From Asterionella formosa (taxonomy: Eukaryota), in contig NKIB01015014.1 in the NCBI GenBank assembly GCA_002256025.1, forward strand, positions 1-38,799: DNA of 38,799 bases, written 5' to 3'. The number at the start of each line of letters is the position of its first letter. The stretch's first letter is position 1. The notes under the pieces are model-generated. The model ran no database searches. It was not told where the DNA came from and worked only from the letters and a program-made list of their open reading frames with translations. Below, piece by piece: positions 33,663 to 38,799 of this stretch. The position numbers were made by a program, and so were the translations under genes.

Positions 33663-34649
33663 TGTGGGAGCCTCTTGTAAGTACCGGTAGGGTGCGGACT
33701 GACTGTGTCGGATGACTGAGAAAAATGAATATAAGATCGGATCAGATGAGACTATGGTATACTACCGGTTTATTTCAGTATGTACCTGTAAAAATAGATT
33801 GTTGTGGGTAATTAAATATATGAATGAATCCACATATGAATATCATATTTGTTAATTGGAAATATACATACTCATTGTGTTTACTAAGTAGTATGTAGCA
33901 CTGACAATCTATGATTTAGTAGGATGCATGTACAAAATAGATTGACTACCTACCTACCTGGTACCGGTACCGGTACCGGTGATACTCTTTGTTATGCGAT
34001 ATTTTTTACACCGAAATAATGATTACCGTTCCTGATATCGGTCGTATGCTCTCGCATGCGAACACAGAAACAATACCTGATGGTACCAGATACTGTATTG
34101 GTACGAGGTTGTATTCTCTACACGATACCAGTGCTGAAGGAAATGGTACACGCCCGAGGTGATCTCATGCCTGCAAGTACACATGTGTACAAGAAGGCAT
34201 GAAGCCACCAAGAAGAGTCAGTTATTGTTGAGGCAATTCACAACCTAGCTATCATTGCGCCAGTCGCTTACCTACTGGCCACTCATAGAATGTAAATATC
34301 AATGTTGGTGGTTTGTTGGCGAACAGATGCAGTTGGTTGTAGTATTGCTTGTCTTCTCATTACCATTATTCTGGCTGTCATCCTAAAATCTGCAATTATT
34401 ATGCCAGACAATTCGATGTGCCCCTTACTATAAGGTACATTAGAAATTAGTTCAAGCCTCAAATAAGTACTCTCATAGCAAGTCAATTACTGGAACAGGA
34501 TTTGCCAAAGTAATGCTAGAGCAGCAAGGAAGACAAAGGTGTGTTGTGATGAGTGGACATGAAGTTTTATGTACTATTATGTTCTTATTACAAAGGTATG
34601 CTTCCATTAGCTGCAGCAGAAGACTATTCTGAATTGCAAGTGCACCCCT

Positions 34650-37600
34650 TTACTTTGCAATTCCAAATAGTTTGGCAAGCCGATCACGTTTGCTCTTCTT
34701 CTTTGCAGGCTGACCATCAGTGCTCGGTGCATATGGAAGAGATGAGTGATGTCCCATAATGTGCACCTGATTGTCTGGGCACTTCATGAAAGTCCAAGTC
34801 TTTTCAACAGTGGTAACACTGCCATCCTTGTTTTTAATGATCACATTCCCTACACTAGTTCCAGTGCTGCCATCCAAGTAGATGGCAGCATTCTTGTGTT
34901 CAACATTAGTCCAGCCCTGAATTGCAAAGCCCTTGTCATTGGGATAGGCAGGGTCACCTCCAACAAAGTAGGCAATAGCTCCTTCCCTAGTGACTCGGAA
35001 GCTTTGATCACCACTTGCAAGGGTAGGCTTGAAGAGGACAGGACCAAACTTATATCCATAAGCAGTATCAACAACCTCAGTTGCAAGAGCCTTGGCGGCA
35101 TCAAAACCATTTTTAGCATACTCAGTTGAGATGGCAACAAGTGCATCCCCCCATTTCTTTTGCATGTCAAGCACTTCAGACTCGGTAATGATTGGCTTTG
35201 AGGGCTTGAAAGGAACAGATGAGTGATGTCCCATGATGTGGACCTTACCATCTTTGCACTTCTGGAATGTCCATGTCTTTTCAACAGTTGTAACACTGCC
35301 ATCCTTGTTTGTGATTTTTACAAGTCCAACACTTGTTCCAGTGCTTCCATCCATGTAAATGGCAGCATTCTCCATTTCTACCTGTTTCCAGCCCTGGATT
35401 GCAAAACCCTTGTCAGAGGGATACTCTGGATTGCCTCCAACAAAATATGAAATGGCACCATCTCTAGTGACACGGAAGGTTTGGTCACCACTTGCAAGAG
35501 TGGGTTTGAACAAGACAGGTCCAAACTGGTAACCATAGGCAGTATCAACAACTTCTGTTGCAAGAGCTTTGGCAGCATCATAGCCATCTGCTTCATAAAC
35601 ATCAGAAATAGCAACGAGTGCATTGCCCCATCGTTGCTGCATCTCAAGAACCTCTGCTTCCGTGATAACTGGCTTTGCTGGTGCAAATGGGAGGGAGGAG
35701 TGATGTCCCATAATGTGCACCTGATTGTCTGGGCACTTCATGAATGTCCATGTCTTTTCAACAGTGGTGACACTGCCATCCTTGTTGGTAATAATCACAT
35801 TACCAACACTGGTTCCAGTGCTGCCATCCAAGTAGATTGCAGCATTCTTGTGTTCAACATTAACCCAACCTTGGATAGCAAAGCCCTTGTCATTGGGATA
35901 GGCAGGGTCACCTCCAACAAAATAGGAGATGGCTCCTTCACGGGTGGTACGGAAGCTTTGATCTCCATTTGCCAGGGTAGGCTTGAAAAGGACAGGACCA
36001 AACTTGTATCCATAAGCAGTGTCAACAACCTTCGTTGCAAGTGCCTTTGCAGCATCAAAGCCTTCCTTGTCATAAACATCAGAGATGGCAACAAGTGCAT
36101 CGCCCCATGTCTCTTGCATGTCCAGGAGTTCCTCTTCAGTGATGACAGGTTTGGATGGGGAGAATGGAATGGATGAATGGTGGCCCATTATGTGAACCTT
36201 TCCATCTGGGCATTTCATAAAGGTCCATGTTTTCTCCACCGTGGTGACACTTCCATCTTTATTGGTGATAATCACATTGCCAACACTTGTCCCAGTGCTG
36301 CCATCCAAGTAGATGGCAGCATTCTTGTGCTCGACATTTACCCAGCCTTGGATGGCAAATCCCTTGTCCTTGGGGTAAGCAGGATCACTACCAACAAAAT
36401 AGGCAATGGCACCCTCGCGAGTAGTACGGAAGCTTTGATCTCCACTTGCAAGTGTTGGCTTGAAGAGGACAGGACCAAACTTGTAGCCATATGCAGTGTC
36501 AACAACCTCAGTTGCAAGAGCCTTTGCAGCATCGAAGCCTTCCTTTTCGAACTTTTCAGAGATAGCACAAAGTGCATTTCCCCATGTCTCTTGCATGTCG
36601 AGCACCTCCTGCTCGGTGATTGCAGCCTTTGTTGGTACATATGGGAGAGAGGAATGATGGCCTGTGAAGACAACTTGACCATCTTTGGCTTTCAGAAATG
36701 TCCATGTCTTTTCAAGTTTGGTCACACTTCCATCTGCCTTGGTAACAGTTACTAATCCGACACTTGTTCCACTGGCTCCGTTCACTTGAATGGCAGCATT
36801 TTCCACTTCAAATTTCTTCCATCCTTGAATAGCAAAGCCCTTGTCATTAGGGTACTCTGGAAAGCCTCCAACAAAATAGGAAATTGCTCCTTCCCTTGTG
36901 GTTCTGAATGTCTGGTCCCCACTAGCAAGTGTGGGCTTGAACAGTACAGGGCCATATTGATATCCATAGGCTGCATCCACCACAGTAGCGGCCAATTCCT
37001 TGGCTGCTTCATACCCCTCTGCAGCATAAGTATCAGAAATGGCTATGAGTGCATTTCCCCACTTTTGCTGCAGGTCCAAAATGTCTTGTTCGGTAATATC
37101 TTGAGGAGATGGCTCATATGGCAGTGAGGAATGGTGACCAATAATCTTGAGTCCATCAAGGCCCTTAAAGAATTTCCAGCTCTTGTCAACGACAGTTGCT
37201 TCACCCTTGCTGTTGTACATGACGACGTTCCCCAAGGTTGATGCAGTAGTCCCGTAAATGACAATGGATGCATTTTCAATTTCTACCTTGCGCCAGTTCT
37301 TGAGAGCAAAGCCAGTGTCATTGGGAAAGTTGGGATCGCCCCCGACAAAGTAAGCCAAAGCCCCTTCCTTCGAGGTCCGGAAGGTTTGATCACCACCAGA
37401 GAGAGTTGGCTTGAACAGCACTGGTCCATATTGGTACCCGTAAAGCTGTTCAATTTCCTTTTCGGCCAAGGCCTTGGCAGCTGCAAAACCATTGAGCTCG
37501 AATTCCAAAGAAATCTTTACAAGACTGTCGCCCCAAGCTATCTGTGCCTCCAATACTTCAGCCTCTGTAATGGCGGAAAGGAACGTTACCGGTGCTTGCA

Positions 37601-37871
37601 ACTTCACATTCTCGACTTTTGCCGAAGCTGGCATGGGGTTGAGGCCACTTACCGCCACATCATCGGTTGAGGCGACTAGAAGGAAGAATAGGATTCAGGT
37701 GGGGTTAGCATTCTTCGAATAGAATGCTAAGATCGTGCAATGGTAGGCAGTCAACTAACCTTTAAGCTCTTTGCCGCCAAATGGTTTGGTAACAGTCTTT
37801 AGCAAGCCAAAGGCCGACACGCCATGCAAAGAAGTCGCTAGAAAAGCCAAGAAAGGCAAAGTAGACTTCAT
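34650..37871 (-). CDS. Plastid-targeted iota-class carbonic anhydrase with six COG4337 domains, 1045 aa (exon 1 37871-37760, exon 2 37675-34650)
   Basis: Six domains with W-G..VLFKPTL..FR.T.EGA..YFVG..D.GFA...W..(D/E)K(S/T)W.F..HHSS.P. Exon 1 MKSTLPFLAFLATSLHGVSA-FGLLKTVTKPFGGKELK splices in frame across an 84-nt GTTAGT..GCTAAC..CTAG intron. Confidence 0.88.
34732..37571 (-). repeat. Six coding tandem repeats with a 477-bp (159-aa) period
   Basis: Equivalent HHSS-codon positions at 34744, 35221, 35698, 36175, 36652 and 37129. Confidence 0.95.
37676..37759 (-). other. 84-nt spliceosomal intron of the iota-CA gene
   Basis: AAG|GTTAGT donor, TGCTAAC branch point, TTCTTCCTTCTAG acceptor; removal restores the frame (G|TC = Val). 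Confidence 0.88.
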
Positions 37872-37954
37872 GGCTCTTTACGAAAGTGAAATAATGAGCT
37901 GAAGGTCTGTTATATTTACATTCCATTCTCGATATGTACCGGTACACCTGTCCA

Positions 37955-38428
37955 ACGTCATCAGGAAGCTACAAATGTACAGCAGCGGTGGTACATAATA
38001 TCATTTTGGATATCCTCAGATCCTACATTTGATGTGTAGGTATTGCATGCATGATGTTGTATAAATATATACCGGTAGTACTATACCGGTTCATGTGTGA
38101 AATCATGCGTACATCGACAGCATCTCCCGGTAGTCCAGGTATGCATCTGTACATACTTGCTGCACACATAAATTCTGTTAAGGCTGACGTTGACCAGTAA
38201 GAATTGTTTGACAAATATAGGGCGCTGACGTCAACGACACTGTCAGACTGGCGTCGCCTTGTCATTGTTTTCTGTTATCCCTACGTAGCGTTGACAACTT
38301 CAAGGAATACTTGCAGTTGTTTGCATACCACAGGTATCTACGTTGCGGCATACCAGGTTGTCTGGTCACACGATTGACGTCAGCAGAAACGGCTGACTGA
38401 CGTCAACAATCTTGTCAGACTGGCGTCA
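37955..38428. promoter_or_regulatory. Cluster of CRE/CCRE (bZIP) motifs upstream of the iota-CA gene
   Basis: ACGTCA at 37955, TGACGT at 38185, TGACGTCA at 38226, 38375 and 38398, GCGTCA at 38423. Confidence 0.7.
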
Positions 38429-38541
38429 TGTCATCAGCCACTTCTTCAGCTGAGCAGTTTTTCTTTATACAAAAATAAATACAGGTGAGCAACAATCATG
38501 TACTGGTACCGCCGGTACCTTGTACCTCTCTGTTATTGGTA

Positions 38542-38766
38542 AAATTCAACCCAAGTTGTATTTTTCTGTAGACCCCTGGTATTGTCCTACTCGGGACATG
38601 ATGGTACCTTGACAGTATTGACAACATTTTACCGTGGTAAAATTAGGTACTGACCTCCAAGAATTTCAACCCGGTTGCATTGGCGGTTGAATTTTTCCTC
38701 TTCTTTTGGTTGAATTTTCAACTCAGATTAGTCGTATATTGTTGTAACCTCTTGGGAAATTCAACC
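38542..38766. repeat. Dispersed AATTCAACC/GGTTGAATT motifs in both orientations, possibly transposon subterminal repeats
   Basis: Copies at about 38542, 38662 and 38757 (+) and 38685 and 38708 (-). Confidence 0.5.
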
Positions 38767-38799
38767 ACTGCACCATCATAAATCAATCTTATTTGTCCA

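Noticed and set aside
34650..37658. ORF-track GTG start at 37658, and the legacy label phosphoribosyl-AMP cyclohydrolase often given to this family
   Set aside because: A spliced ATG exon explains the 5' end; HisI Cys/Asp metal motifs are absent and the HHSS motif fits iota-CA
34746..37670. Long plus-strand ORFs (e.g. 35481-36176, 36177-36755) overlapping the CA gene
   Set aside because: Antisense shadows of the repeated coding sequence, with no independent protein features

Overview
Eukaryotic, gene-dense, intron-poor window, most likely from a diatom nuclear genome. This is inferred from a DUF6824 protein, a signal-peptide SET-domain protein, bipartite plastid presequences and diatom-type Harbinger relics. 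It holds about 12 protein-coding genes: a DUF6824 protein, a DHX35-like DEAH helicase, REV1, a signal-peptide nucleoredoxin-like protein, a degenerate MBL-fold protein, two small membrane proteins (one spliced and missed by the ORF track), a four-SET-domain secretory protein, an ankyrin-repeat protein, a Ser-rich protein, TFIIH p62, and a plastid-targeted protein with six COG4337 (iota-class, metal-free carbonic anhydrase) domains. There are also two decayed PIF/Harbinger transposase relics and an LRR pseudogene. The most notable locus is the six-domain iota-CA. A hidden first exon supplies its plastid presequence, its intron branch point sits in a hairpin, and its promoter carries a dense cluster of CRE/CCRE (TGACGTCA) motifs, which together suggest a CO2-regulated carbon-concentrating component. 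Intergenic DNA is strongly enriched in GGTACC-based palindromes. All family assignments come from motif recognition by eye, not from database searches.
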